64,000 nt of DNA, from assembly GCA_951406725.2 (NCBI GenBank), contig OX597824.1, positions 39,804,001 to 39,868,000 on the forward strand, in the 5' to 3' direction. Positions 1 to 13,504 of the stretch are shown here, piece after piece. The notes under the pieces are model-generated. The model was not told where the DNA came from. It ran no database searches and saw nothing but the letters and a program-made list of their open reading frames with translations. Source of the stretch: Octopus vulgaris. Its lineage: Eukaryota. Position numbers and translations under genes: made by a program. Within the stretch, counting starts at the first letter, position 1. Every line of letters starts with the position of its first letter.

Positions 1-111
1 ACTAACTTGGTTGAAAAATAATCTATGTACTTAAATTTTGGGAATTTAGAAACTTCAAGAATGTAAAATAATTATTTTTTCAGGAACAGAGAATCGCGCA
101 GCAAATAAAAC

Positions 112-310
112 TTCTACTATAAACACAAGGCCTGAAATTTTAGGGAAAGTGGTAAATAAACTACATCGACCCAGGTGTACAACTGATACCTTTTCATTGA
201 TCCTGAAAGGGTTAAAAGACAAGTGGAACTCGAACTCAGAAGGTAAAGACAAGTGAAATGCATCTAAACATTTTGTCTGGCGTGCTAACGGTTCTCCAGC
301 GTGCCGCCTC
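112..310 (-). mobile_element. Degenerate tRNA-headed SINE, family B (MESC/Meta-like core)
   Basis: Reverse complement matches the head and core of the better copies at 29632 and 42374 (aggcggc...agaaccgttagcacgcc...ttctgagttc). Confidence 0.7.
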
Positions 311-2080
311 AAATAATGTTATAACTAATAGAGGGTAAAAATTGTAAAAGATATTTTCAACATTTTCTATCCAAAGCGTTTTTAACCCAATATTTGCACC
401 TCAATTATTTATAGCGTTATTTGCTTGGAGATTCATCATTACTAAACAAAAATTGATACGCTTTATTTTTTAAACTTTGGTTTCGAACCTAATACTCCTA
501 ATTCAGAAAGTAACGTAAAACTAAGCGTGCAGCAAACACACATATAGACACATACACAGATACGCATACATAGGTTCTTTTTTCCTCTCTAATTGAAAAA
601 ACAACCAAATCGTGTACTTTGGTCAGGAATATCTGGCCCGTATGATACAAACTTTTAGTAACCAATTTTCTTCATTTGTTGATACAGTAAACACTGCCAA
701 CGGGCAGAGTTCTTTTGTAGAAGTAGCAAATTGAAGAATCTTTTGTGAGTGTTGTAAAACTAACCACTTTCAAGCAGAAATGGCCGGAGCCTCCAAACAA
801 CAATCTTACCATCAAGAATAGTTGCAGAATATTAGACTAATTTCTGTAAAGTGTTTTGTTATGTTCTGTTCTTGTTTCCATTTTACTGTTTGCTTTATTT
901 ATTTCCTCAAATCTACACAAAATCCCAAAATATGAGCTTAATGCAAAAACAGAACAAGATTTATTGAAGAAAAAAAAAAAGAAAAGAGAGAGATGGAATT
1001 TGAATTCATGCAATAAAATAAGAACAAAAACTTTTCCTGCGGGCATAACTAAACCAAAATGAACGATGGATAGATGGATGGGAGGATAAATGGAAGAATG
1101 GATGGCAGGAACAATGGAACGAAGAAAGATTCTTCTTTATTTTTATTTGTTATATCTTTATTTTATTTTGTTCTTTTGCTATACAATTGCTCATTCTAAT
1201 AGTAACTGATTAATACAATGCAAAACAAAATTTGGCAGTAAAAAGCAAAAAAAAAAAGGGTAGAAAAAGAACACAAATGCTTGTTATTTCGATGAAGTAG
1301 TCAATTATTTTTTAAATTTTTGTTTTTCGTTTTGTTTTGATTTTTCTCCTATCTCTCATTTTCCCTACAAAGTTTATTTAAACGAAAATTTCTGTATTCA
1401 TATTCCTGTATACACATATTCCGTGCGATACACACACAACATAACATACACAGGCACACATATCACTATGTTTACCCATACACACACACACATATCTCTC
1501 TCACTATATATATATATACATATATATATCACGTATGTTTACCATACATACACACACACGCACACATTTCTTTATCATCTAGCACGTAGAATTTGCTTTT
1601 GAATTTATGTTTTCCGACTTCATTTCCAGGAAAAATATTTTTTTGAGGTATTCAGAAGAGCAATATTCAATTTCCATGTTGTTATATATTCCGCTTATTT
1701 CTTTCTCTATTCTTGGCTACTCCTTATATTTTATCATTATCAATATTATTAATTCTGCATTTACTTTTTTTCCACTAAATGTTTAATCTCTGAATAGCTT
1801 TTTTTTAAACTTTAATTTCTAAACTCTATTATATTCCTTTCTTTAGAAAAAAAACAGTATAGCTGAATATTATATCAATTAAATGAGATATTAGTTAAAC
1901 AGTGAAAGACAACAATAGCAATTAAATATAGGAATTATATATTAGGAATAATGATGTAGTGAAGAAACAGAAATAGCAGTTAACAACCAGATAAATCGCC
2001 TGTCGGCATCCAAATCTAGACATCTACATTCTGGGTTCAAATTCTACCAGAGATCTTTATTGTCTTACTATTGTTGTTAA

Positions 2081-2375
2081 ACCTTTGCTTGTCCTGTATA
2101 TCGCATGTGATATACAGGATATATTCCCCTGGTGTCTGTGTATCATATATGATACACATTTCCCCTTTTTTTTATTCAATTACCAGAATAATTTGAGACT
2201 TGTGAAAGGGAAGTGTTTTATTGCTCTGAATGTTTGAAGCCACGACTAACTGAAAGTCTGAAAACAAGTATGGACATTTAGGAAAAATTTATAAAAGGAT
2301 TAAGATTCGACATAATATTGGTTTCTTGCTTAAAAGCAAAGTTACACACTTAGTAGCGGTAGACAGGGCAAAGTA
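2081..2375. mobile_element. Possible piggyBac-like MITE remnant
   Basis: TTAA at 2077-2080 followed by acctttgcttgtc; imperfect inverse gacagggcaaag at 2362-2373; internal palindromes ctgtatatcgcatgtgatatacag and tgtgtatcatatatgatacaca. The right TTAA is absent. Confidence 0.35.
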
Positions 2376-2702
2376 TATGCGATAGATTTCTAATTCCTAA
2401 TATATTTCTGATGCTTTCGTTATCAACTTCTTAAAGATGAATCACAAATTTGATTTCGGGTTGGATTTTAAAACTGAAACGTAAATAAACGAAAATATAT
2501 TATGCAATGTATTTAATCCACTGTTCTACAGATTCTGTTGTCAAAGTTCATTAGACTGCAAATGTTAGTGTGGTTAAGAAGTTAACTTCACAATTCAATG
2601 GCGCTGGTTTCAATATCACTGCGCAGCACATAGAGCATGTGTCTTACTCTGTCATACCGGAGGAGATGAATGGCTTGAAAACCCAGAATGTTGTGATCGT
2701 AC

Positions 2703-2800
<98 letters not shown>

Positions 2801-2818
2801 TGTGTGTGTGTGTGTATA

Positions 2819-3550
2819 CTAGCAAATGCACCCGTCCTTTGGACGGTGTAATTTAATATAATGGCGCACTCCTGTGGAAGGTTTAATTTGATTTAGCCCG
2901 CATTTAGAGGTCGTTTCAAGTTGATAAGCGTAAAATGCATAACTACTATTTTCGTTAGCAGTTTATGATATGGTATTAAGAAACTTAGGTAATGAATGTG
3001 TGAACACGATTTTGGTAGTTAATAATAAATGAAAGTCCATGAAATGATATCGCAATTTCAGTAGGCATTACGGATCTTATATCTTATGTGAAGCGTTTTG
3101 TATCGTGTACCTATTTTTCTCTTAATGCCTGACATTGAAGCTTTTTTGCAATGAAACTCATGTATGATAAAGAAAAGCAAGCATTTATAGCAAACACGCA
3201 ATTAGAATAACGGCGTGCGTAAAGTAAGAAGGGTCATTGAAGGTAATGTACTGTTAACAGCAATCAGGGAAATGAAGCAACATATCAATGAAATGCTTGC
3301 AGGAAATCTGTTTGCTAAAGGCTCCAGCTTGGCGTAGATGTGAATAATACAGTAGAAGAATAACTACTGTAGGGCTGCTTTGTAGACGACACTTTTTTAT
3401 TTTTCCTTCAGGAGCATGGATGAATAAGTTGTCTGGATGGCCAACTTTGGAACAACCGACGTAGAATTGCCTATGTGAAAAGTACGAAGTTCGAAGGTCC
3501 AATCCGACAACTTTCAGCAACTGAACTTTGACTTTGTTAATTGTCGTGCA
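2819..3550 (-). mobile_element. Helitron 3' remnant
   Basis: Minus strand ends CCGTCC-aaa-GGACGG hairpin (2832-2846) then CTAG|T at 2819-2822, the canonical Helitron 3' terminus; it carries a helicase fragment. Confidence 0.85.
3383..3544 (-). pseudogene. Helitron RepHel PIF1-like helicase C-terminal fragment
   Basis: Translation TINKVKVQLLKVVGLDLRTSYFSHRQFYVGCSKVGHPDNLFIHAPEGK resembles helicase motifs V/VI (TINKSQGQSL..VGLDL...FSHGQLYVA.SRV). Confidence 0.85.
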
Positions 3551-5014
3551 TAGGGTAGGGACAGTCTGTTGGGGTTAGCAGAATTTTCTGAATGAAAACG
3601 GTATCATTGTTTTATCAACTGCATGACCATCTTATTGAATTAGCAGCAACGAATATTCTACAGACAGGTGAAGCATTAATTCTCAAGTAGAATCAGTCAG
3701 AGAGAGTGCATGATAAGACTTCTATCCGGTTTCCGTTTAACTAATTTCTCTCATAAGGTATGGATTGACTTAAGATTATAGACGAAGTTTTCGCAAGACC
3801 TCATGCAGTGAGATAGTACTCGACCTCCTTGAAAAAAATTACTAGAAATAGAACAAATGAATCTCTCTTAGTGGTGTAAGCGCTGTCAGCTGTGTAAGGT
3901 GTATAAATTGTTATGCACGAAGGGAATGGGGCCTTTCCGAAAAGCCAGAGGAGAAATTTGAACGTTTTGGCGCAACTAAATTGGTTCACTTTTTTAATTT
4001 AAAACTGTGGCAAGATGAGAAATAACTAGCTTTTTCTTTTTGTTAATGTAGAGGTCACAATATTTTATCTGCTCCTAAACGTCTGTGGCCTAACTAACAC
4101 GTATATTTGTTGCATGGCAAAAATACGGCTCCAATCACACTTGCAGCATCTACGCCGCTTACAACAATAACTGTTTTTTATCGAGCCAGCTGAGTGAAGG
4201 CGCTGACCTAATAGTCAGGGATTTGCACTACCGATCTTAAGATCGTGGCTTCGATTCCCGAACAAAGTGTTGTGTTCTTGCGCAAAAACAGTTCGTTCAA
4301 CTTTAATCCAGTCCAGTTGGTTGTAAATGAGTTCCAACAACACCTGAGAAGTCTAACCCCGCGACGGACCGGCATTTAAAACCAAGGGGGAGAGGTGTAA
4401 TCTCAGTCATTTACATGCCGTGGAATCCAAGTTAAGTTCTGACTGTATGAGTGCTACGGCTCATGAAGGACCTAAATCAACCTGCTGATGAATGCTATCG
4501 ACGGAATCGCGATGGAGAATGATATCACATCCATAAACAATCGTGCATTTATGTGCGTCTTTATGTGACGGAGAGAGAAAAGTAGAGAGGGTGATAGAGA
4601 GAGGGCAAGTGAGAAAGAGAGGAACAGAGTTCACGCGAATAATTTAATTAAGTGTTAGGAGAGATGTAAATGGCGAATGACCATCTTGGTGTTTAGACTA
4701 CAGATGGAAATAATGATAAAACAAAATCTTGCCGCTTGAATTGAAGAATTTCTTATTAAACAAGCAAGAAATACAATCAGAAATTTAATAAGCTCTCAGA
4801 CAAATTAGTTTAGACTTATTTACTTTTGACTGATGACTAATCAACGCCAGTTAATTGATTCGTGATACTTACCTGTTTCATGTTGACTCTGAATATACTA
4901 ACAAACCTTATGTTGTAGGCAACTAGCTAATTAAATGTTAGTCGTTATCACTGCTATTACCTCTAAAATCTAGCACCACCTTGTTTTCGTTCGGAAAATC
5001 AAATTGCTCAAGAT

Positions 5015-5268
5015 CAACCGGCACATGTCAGCAAGAAATATGAATGACTTTATGAAACTTCCTTGCAACATTACAATGTCACAGGATTGACAATTTTCGA
5101 GTATTCACTTGCGTGGTCGAGTTCCCTCTTCTTCTTCTTCTTCTTCTTCTTCTTCTTCTTCTTCTTCTTCTTCTTCTTCTTCTTCTTCTTCTTCTTCTTC
5201 TTCTTCTTCTTCTTCTTCTTCTTCTTCTTCTTCTTCTTCTTCTTCTTCTTCTTCTTCTTCTTCTTCTT

Positions 5269-5299
<31 letters not shown>

Positions 5300-5699
5300 T
5301 TCTTATTCTTCTTCTTCTTCTTCTTCTTCTTCTTCTTCTTCAACCGGCACATGTCAGCAAGAAATATGAATGACTTTATGAAACTTCCTTGCAACATTAC
5401 AATGTCACAGGATTGACAATGTTCGAGTATTCACTTGCGTGGTCGAGATTCTTCTTCTTCTTCTTCTTCTTCTTCTTCTTCTTCTTCTTCTATCTTCTTC
5501 TTCTTCTTCTTCTTCTTCTTCTTCTTCTTCTTCTTCTTCTTCTTCTTCTTCTTCTTCTTCTTCAACCGGCACATGTCAGCAAGAAATATGAATGACTTTA
5601 TGAAACTTCCTTGCAACATTACAATGTCACAGGATTGACAATTTTCGAGTATTCACTTGCGTGGTCGAGATTCTTCTTCTTCTTCTTCTTCTTCTTCTT

Positions 5700-5730
<31 letters not shown>

Positions 5731-6221
5731 TTCTTATTCTTCTTCTTCTTCTTCTTCTTCTTCTTCTTCTTCTTCTTCTTCTTCAACCGGCACATGTCAG
5801 CAAGAAATATGAATGACTTTATGAAACTTCCTTGCAACATTACAATGTCACAGGATTGACAATTTTCGAGTATTCACTTGCGTGGTCGAGATTCTTCTTC
5901 TTCTTCTTCTTCTTCTTCTTCTTCTTCTTCTTCTTCTTCTTCTATCTTCTTCTTCTTCTTCTTCTTCTTCTTCTTCTTCTTCTTCTTCTTCTTCTTCTTC
6001 TTCTTCAACCGGCACATGTCAGCAAGAAATATGAATGACTTTATGAAACTTCCTTGCAACATTACAATGTCACAGGATTGACAATTTTCGAGTATTCACT
6101 TGCGTGGTCGAGATTATTCTTCTTCTTCTTCTTCTTCTTCTTCTTCTTCTTCTTCTTCTTCTTCTTCTTCTTCTTCTTCTTCTTCTTCTTCTTCTTCTTC
6201 TTCTTCTTCTTCTTCTTCTTT
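5015..6221. repeat. Tandem array: five 107-bp units, each followed by a (TTC)n tract
   Basis: Units at 5015, 5341, 5563, 5784 and 6006 (caaccggcacatg...gcgtggtcgag) are near identical; periods 326, 222, 221, 222. Confidence 0.97.
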
Positions 6222-6354
6222 AACATCATATCAGCCTCTCGTGGGATAAAATATATTCGAAGGTGCTCCAAGTGCAACCATCGCTTTGTACTTTTCTTTA
6301 AAATCCTGTTGCGTGTAATTTTGAGGAAGATTTTATGCTATTTAAGGTAGGTCG

Positions 6355-6525
6355 AGGGCAGCGAGTTAGCGAGTCAGACGAAATGCTTACCAGCATTTCT
6401 TACTGCTCTTTACGTTCTGTTTCCAAATTCCTCTGAGGTGGATGTTGCTTTTCTTCTTTTCGTGGGATGGGGTGATAAAATAAGTAGCCTTCCCTAAGAT
6501 TTGCTGGCCTATGTGCCAAAATTTT
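6355..6525 (+). mobile_element. Degenerate SINE family B
   Basis: agggcagcgagttagc...gaaatgctt...ttacgttctg...aaattcc...gataaaataagta matches the family B consensus. Confidence 0.6.
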
Positions 6526-7574
6526 TAGCTAGTGAAGGCAGAATGTCTGGCTACATTTAGGCTAGTGTTGCACGTTGCCAATCTTCAACTGAATGGTTCG
6601 TATCGCGTTCAGTGTGATATATAGTTATTGCTCAATTCAATGAGTCTCGGTTCGTACAGTTAACCAAACTGAAGCATGGCATTAGTATTGTGTGAAAATA
6701 GAGGTTACCGATTTAAACATCGAAATAAAACAGTAAGATCGATGAAGACGAAAGGAAATAGGTAGAGGTAGAGCCTTCATAAAAAGGCATTCAGTTTTGA
6801 GTGATGATTGTGCATATAAGTATGAAGGCTGCTTGCATTAATTAATCTTGCATATATAGATACATAGATGTGCGTACATATGCACACACATATATACTTA
6901 CATATACATAAATACTCATGTCTACATATATGTGTGTATGTGTGTGTGTGCCTGTGAATGAAAGGAATTGAAAATGTATTTACGTATTACAGATGTTTCA
7001 AAAAGTGCACCGAAACCATATTACGTAACTTTCAGGCGTTACATAATTATTCAGTGTTCTTTCTCATCAGGTACTCGCTACCTTTCAAATTAGAAATCTT
7101 TTGCCACAATGAGTTCGCTAAGAAAAGCAGGAAAAAATAATTTGTGCATTTCTACATTCAATGAGAGAGAATGGGATGTGGTTGAAAGAAGTTCATTTTC
7201 TTATCTATAATGGGTTATTAAAACCAGATATAATGCCGTTGTGGGCGACAGGTAAATAGAGAGAGAGAGAGAGAGAGAAGAAATAGATAAGAGAGAATGA
7301 GAGAAAGATAGAAATATTGATACACACTGTATATATATGCACACATATTTACTTCGTATTGCAGTAAATTTGACAATCATGGACAGTACCGGAAACATTA
7401 TTAATGCACTTGATGAACGGATAATGAGATGTAAACATAAATTATAAACTTATTCCTCTACAAACTCTAATTTCTATTACAATACCATTTACTCCTTCCG
7501 CCTGTAGATACTGCGAGCTACGCGACATTTTTTTTTCTAGCCACTGAATTCACGTTATAATATAGAGCGTCTCA

Positions 7575-7970
7575 AAGGCTGTGAGCTGGCAGAAACGTTA
7601 GCATGCCAGGCGAAATGCTTAGCGGTATTTCGTCTGCCGTTACGTTCTGAGTTCAAATTCCGCCGAGGTCGACTTTGCCTTTCAACCTTTCGGGGTCGAT
7701 AAATTAAGTACCAGTTAAATGTAATAGACTTAATCCGTTTGTTTGTCTTTGTTTGTCCTCTCTGTGTGTAGTTCCTTGTGGGCAGTAAACAAATAGGTAT
7801 TTTGTCTGTTTTTACGTTCTGAGTTCAAATTCCACCGATGTTGAATTTGCCTTTCATCCTTTCGGGGTCGATAAATTAAGTATCAGTTGCGTACTGGGAT
7901 CGATCTAATCGACTGGCCCTTCCGCCCCCACCGCCCATTTCAGACATTGTGCCTAGAGTAGAAAAGAAAA
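7575..7970 (+). mobile_element. SINE family B with internally duplicated core
   Basis: tRNA-like head (gagctggcagaaacgttagc...gagttcaaattcc) and two copies of gcctttcatcctttcggggtcgataaattaagta. Confidence 0.9.
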
Positions 7971-8200
7971 GAATATTTTGTATCTCATTGATTATTCCTA
8001 CTAGATACATCACCTAGCCCTAATTACGGACTTTATGGACCACGTATTCTGAGTTACTACCATCTACGCTGCCACTGCAAGATGCATGCCGGTCTCTTGT
8101 TTTTACTCATCTATTTTTATATATGTTTATATATATATATATATATATGAAAAAATAAGTCAAAATAGAAAATGCTAAATTAATTTTATAAAGAACATTT

Positions 8201-8238
8201 CAGTACCGGTTTCAGTCATTTTAAGACCTTTTCAACTG
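8201..8238 (-). ncRNA. Degenerate type I hammerhead ribozyme motif
   Basis: CAG-TTGAAAA-GGTC ttaaaat GACT-GAAA-CCGG-TA-CTG: all three stems present, core differs from CUGAAGA at two positions. Confidence 0.6.
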
Positions 8239-8571
8239 TAACGATTAAATAATTAAATTTAGAAAAATTAAAAGAAATGTTTTTTTAAAGGAATATTTGT
8301 ATAGTGTTCAAATATAAGTGGCATTTTCCTTGCTCTGTCTCTCTTGTTCACACTTGTGGGTTCAAGGTCGTTGTGAATTCTTGGTAGGGAAGAAGAAGAA
8401 GGACGATAAGGAGAAGGGGGGAAATTGGGGAGTGCCTTGATTGCTGTATTTTGAATGATCAGTGGCGGCTAGCAGTTCATGAGAATATTTCTATTGAAAG
8501 GTTTGTTTAGAGAATTTGCGTAGGTGTAAAACTAAAAAGCATTAGTGATAAAGTTAGGAAGTAGAAGGGGG

Positions 8572-8826
8572 AGAAGAAGAAGAAGAAGAAGAAGAAGAAG
8601 AAGAAGAAGAAGAAGAAGAAGAAGAAGAAGAAGAAGAAGAAGAAGAAGAAGAAGAAGAAGAAAAAGAAGAAGAAGATGATGATGAAAAACAACAGAAGCT
8701 ATAAAACAAATGAAATCCAAATTAAAACTAGAACAGCAAAGAACCATGATAAAACGATGGCAAGAAAAGCCGATGATGATGATGATGATGATGATGATGA
8801 AGAGGGGGAAGAAGAAGAAGAAGAAA
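8572..8826. repeat. (GAA)n and (GAT)n microsatellites
   Basis: Directly visible trinucleotide runs. Confidence 0.95.
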
Positions 8827-9001
8827 GAGGATGGGGGATATGAATGAGTGGAAGTAGTGAGGTGTTGTATGACTTAAAGTTGGCACGTTATGGGTTATAG
8901 CTGTGATTGGGGCTGATTTGTAATGGATTCTTAGGAATGTAATATTTGCGTGTGTATTTGTGTTATTCTAAAGCCGTGGTGTATATTTCTTTTGCCGTAG
9001 A

Positions 9002-9237
9002 CCCGTTCAGAAGGGGCCTATATTTTGTAATAAAGAGAGTTTCTTTACTTATTCGTTGGCTCGAGGTTGTATCGTCCCTGAATTGGTAAGGGGGAAAATT
9101 CTGAAGTTTGGTGTTTTGTTGTTGGCGTAAGTATCTATGTGTTGGCTAAATGTTATTTTTCTGTTTTGGGGAATTTTTATCTGGGATCTGTGCAGGGCCA
9201 TTCTTTTACGCAAACTATTTTTTATTTGGCCTATGTC
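9002..9237 (-). pseudogene. Penelope GIY-YIG endonuclease C-terminal fragment (frameshifted)
   Basis: IGQIKNSLRKRMALHRSQIKIPQNRKITFSQHID.../FRIFP...QRISKETLFITKYRPLLN: YIG-like motif, conserved R and H, and terminal E..FI....P.LN of PLE endonucleases. Confidence 0.8.
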
Positions 9238-9374
9238 AGCCGAAATTGCGAAGATGATCCGGTTCTTGACTGAAGATTGAAGGCTTCGAATATCTCGTCC
9301 GTGTTTTTTGTATCGTCTTCTAAATGTTTTACGTTCTTGTCCGAGTTTGTATTTTTTACATTTTACATTTTACA

Positions 9375-9850
<476 letters not shown>

Positions 9851-10049
9851 CCCATATAAAGTAAAAGTAACGCAAAATATATAAACCAGGAGAAAATTTT
9901 CTCTGGTTTATAATGTTATTTTGCGTTATTTTGTATATAAATATTATATGTTGATAAAAATGGTTTATGACTATTTAATTTTTTCCCACTAGGCCGTTGG
10001 TGGCAAAAGAATTCTACAAAATTTTTTTGCCACCCTATATTGATTAATC

Positions 10050-10081
<32 letters not shown>

Positions 10082-10151
10082 GTATGTGCAAGTATTTATA
10101 ATTGGAAATGTATACGCCAACGTTGAATACTGATTAATGAATTTATGCACG

Positions 10152-10186
<35 letters not shown>

Positions 10187-12044
10187 ATGTGTGTGTGTGC
10201 GTGTGTATGTGTGTGTGTGTGTGTGTGTGCATAAATATAAATATGCCTATGTGCGATGATATATTGTGTGTATACGATGATGTATATGCGTATACGTGTA
10301 AATACATGTAACTAACTGTGAATGTCACTGTGTGTTTGTATATATATGTATACGGAATTAATAGATGAATGTATGATCGTGCGTCCACATGTATGAGTGT
10401 ATTTACATATAAATTTTCTCAACTCTATATGCAACCTGTAAATGAGATTTATTTTCTCACCTCATTCATATTGCACTTTATTTACACTGAAGTTTACTCT
10501 TTAATCCCTGTTTCTTTACTATCCGAGTACTCGGTTTACTACCCTAGTACTGCCGACTCCAATCTAAATAACCATTATAAAAAGGCGTACTGTTCCAAGA
10601 CGAAACTGCCGGTCGATCAGTGGCAGCTTCTCGAGAAAACACACTGAAAGCTTCTTTTCGTACTGCATCAGTTTGTATGAAGATATCAGGATCCTCCGAT
10701 GTTTAATGGAAGACAAATTAGAAATTGTTAAAAGTTTCCAATGTCTTTATGTTTGAAAGTAAAAGAAAATTTATAATTAAAAGCGAGAATTAAATCCAAG
10801 TTATGGGTAGTTTATCAAGGACTTATTTATTATTCTGAAGTAAGATAAAATAGCAGAGGCAACTTTCTTTTCCTTTTATCTTTTCTTTAATTATCCAACG
10901 GAAATTAAACGGAGCCGTTCTTTAATGAGCTAATATTTGAAATGATGTGAGGTAAAGCAGGAAATATTGTCTTACAGCATTCTGTTACGTCATTTTACTT
11001 GCTAAGTTCTAATTCCCCGCATTCGGCTTAACTGTTCATTATTCTAAGTCAGATAAAATAAATACCAATCGGATAATGGAGTTGACTGTACTCAATACCA
11101 AAATTTCTACCCTTGTTATCAATATTAGAAATCAATATTAGAACAGATCTTAAGCAATGCTTCCTGTAACTTCCACCCACATAGTTAACAAATTTTACTA
11201 TATCGTGAATTAATTTTAACAGTCACGGAACAAAAAGCTTATGGATTTGCACTCATGCATTCATCAATGCATTCATAAGTACAAACATTAGACAATATCA
11301 GATATAATATATAAATGTTAACACGAAGATATTCCATCTGTATGGTCATCTAATTAGTAATTTAATTAATTATCAACTCAACTGGAAAATGACTCCTACA
11401 TCATTTGCCATTAGCATTAATCTCTCTCAATGATATTACTACAGCTTCGAGATAACTCCACAATAAGATCAATAAAAATGAAGCACTTCTAGAAACCGTT
11501 AGCAGCAAATACCTCCAGCTCGTAATACCTAGAACTAGCTGGGTTGATAGTTATTTTCAATCTATATGATTTAGTATGATAGGAAGTGTCGTGACCTCTT
11601 GTAAAATTACGAATTAATGTATGTAAATTTGATTGTCAGATAATTCCTATTGAATTATTGCAATAAATATGGCTCAACTGAGCATAAAGTAGCAGAGGAG
11701 ATGCATGACTTTAAGCGGTATGAATTTTAATACCCGTGATTTATAGATCTTCGTTTGATTAAAATTTTGTCTGCATCGTTACGATTTGGACATTATGCGA
11801 AAGACCAACTTTTCAATGAGATACGAAGTTTTATCGATTACATTTGCCTCAAGAATATTTATTAGTAGCACTTGTATCTTGTCTTTGAAGACTTGCTCTT
11901 TGGATTTGACTGCATCATATACCTGACAATAACATCATTTCATATTCTTCGGGTTCTGATAAAGTTACTTGCATTCGGAGGTAAAAAACATATGACATAC
12001 AACTGGTGAACAATCCGGTGATATGTATTTTATCGAACTAACAA

Positions 12045-12230
12045 TCCTTTCTACAATAGAATCAAGGCCTGAAATCTTAGGGGAGCGGGGCCTAGTCAGT
12101 TACATCTCACCAAGATCTCAACAAGCCACAAAAGGATGAAATGAAAAGTCGACCTCGGCAGAATATGAACTCAGCAATGCTTCTAAGCCTTGTGTCCGGC
12201 GTGCAAACGATTCTGCCAGCTCGCTGCTTT
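12045..12230 (-). mobile_element. Degenerate SINE family B
   Basis: aaaggatgaaa..aaagtcgacctcggcagaat.tgaactcag...aacgattctgccagctcgc is the reverse complement of family B. Confidence 0.75.
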
Positions 12231-12457
12231 ACATTATCAAACTAATAAAATTAATAATATGCGGAGAGACTTAATCGAAGTTTGTGTGATTTAATCTCAA
12301 CACGATAAGACATCGAAATAGATAGAAATCAAAATAGTTATAGTTTGGTTTATTTTCATATATGTCTATATGTGGCGGTGTCCCAGCATGGCCACAGGTT
12401 CTGGACTGCATCGCATAAAAGAATAAAGTGCATATATATATATATGTGTGTGTGTGC

Positions 12458-12500
<43 letters not shown>

Positions 12501-12617
12501 TATTGTAGTTCGCTTGAAGTATTGTGTATTGTTTGTGAAATATAACGTGTCTTCTTGAATGGCACTACAATGCAGAGTGGACTATAATGACTATTATAAT
12601 TTAATTAATCATAGTCT

Positions 12618-12662
12618 GATATGATAATATTTCGGAATATGAAAATTCCTTCTTCAGATATC
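12618..12662 (-). ncRNA. Minimal type I hammerhead ribozyme, intact core
   Basis: GATAT-CTGAAGA-A-GGAAT tttcat ATTCC-GAAA-TATTA-TC-ATATC: 5-bp stem I, 5-bp stem II, minimal stem III, UC cleavage site. Confidence 0.85.
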
Positions 12663-12950
12663 GCTAGGAATTCATCCGATTAACTTCCTAGCGGTTGCGA
12701 ACTCGACCTGGTCTCACATACTAGGTCTCACAATAAACTTTTACTGTTGTATTGACTTGTGTATCTACGTGACTGAACAAATCAACAGAAGTGGCACTTT
12801 ATTCAGTTAGAGTTGTATATACTCAGTAAAGGTTGGATAAGTTACTCACGTTGCTAAAGAAGTTTCGTGGACCAGAAAGCATTTCAGTTACCTCAGATAT
12901 TCGGAAGCATGTGTGTATCTATGTGTGCATGTATTTATGTGTATACGTGC

Positions 12951-13020
<70 letters not shown>

Positions 13021-13022
13021 TC

Positions 13023-13504
13023 AAAACTTCAATTCTTTATGCAACACCGTACGTATTGCGTGCCTTGTTAGTCAACTTTGACGAGCTGCTTGACGTGTTG
13101 ATTTTTCGCAGGCTGCGATTAAACATTTCCTGCACTTTTGTCACATTCTCCGCTGATCGAGATGTGGCTGGACAGCCACTTCTTTTTGCATCGTTCACAG
13201 AGCCCGTAGTCATCAGCTCTGCATACCAACATTTTATTATCTCTGGGCGTAATGTTGCATGCTTACCTTTCTATGCACGCTACCATCTCTGAACCCAAAC
13301 AATGGAATTCCACACTTCATAGCGTGCTGCTAACTTAGCTCGCTCCTGAACAGTCAAGCGACTGGCCATCTAGAAAATAAGAGATAAGACAACAAGAAAT
13401 CCCCATTAGTATTGCCTGTTTAAAAAATGCTTTCGTCATGACTTCAGTGATACTAAAAGTTCTGTAAGCAATTTCTAATGCCTAGTTATTTTCTACCCAC
13501 CATG
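13023..13504 (-). mobile_element. Tc1/mariner (rosa/DD41D-like) 5' remnant with transposase N-terminus
   Basis: From ATG at 13369: MASRLTVQERAKLAARYEVWNSIVWVQRW*...TTGSVNDAKRSGCPATSRSAENVTKVQEMFNRSLRK (TGSV.D..RSGRP...EN motif); terminus TA|CATGGTGGGTAGAAAA. Family assignment is tentative because the catalytic domain is absent. Confidence 0.75.

Larger units (their letters stand above)
8150..9237 (-). mobile_element. Penelope-like retroelement 3' remnant
   Basis: GIY-YIG C-terminal fragment at 9002-9237 followed on the same strand by a hammerhead-like motif at 8201-8238 and a (TA)n tract. Confidence 0.75.

Noticed and set aside
5015-6221. CRISPR-like repeat-spacer appearance
   Set aside because: Repeats are 107 bp, spacers are TTC microsatellite and not unique sequence, there are no cas genes, and the context is eukaryotic.
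5063-6350. Poly-F, poly-K, poly-S and poly-L ORFs
   Set aside because: Translations of (TTC)n tracts, open in several frames on both strands.
7015-7075. CTGATGA...GAAA on the minus strand
   Set aside because: Stems I and III do not pair and there is no clear stem II; likely chance.
9262-9300. CTGAAGA...GAAT in the dispersed repeat also found at 35026 and 60485
   Set aside because: Other copies do not conserve the core and GAAA is absent.
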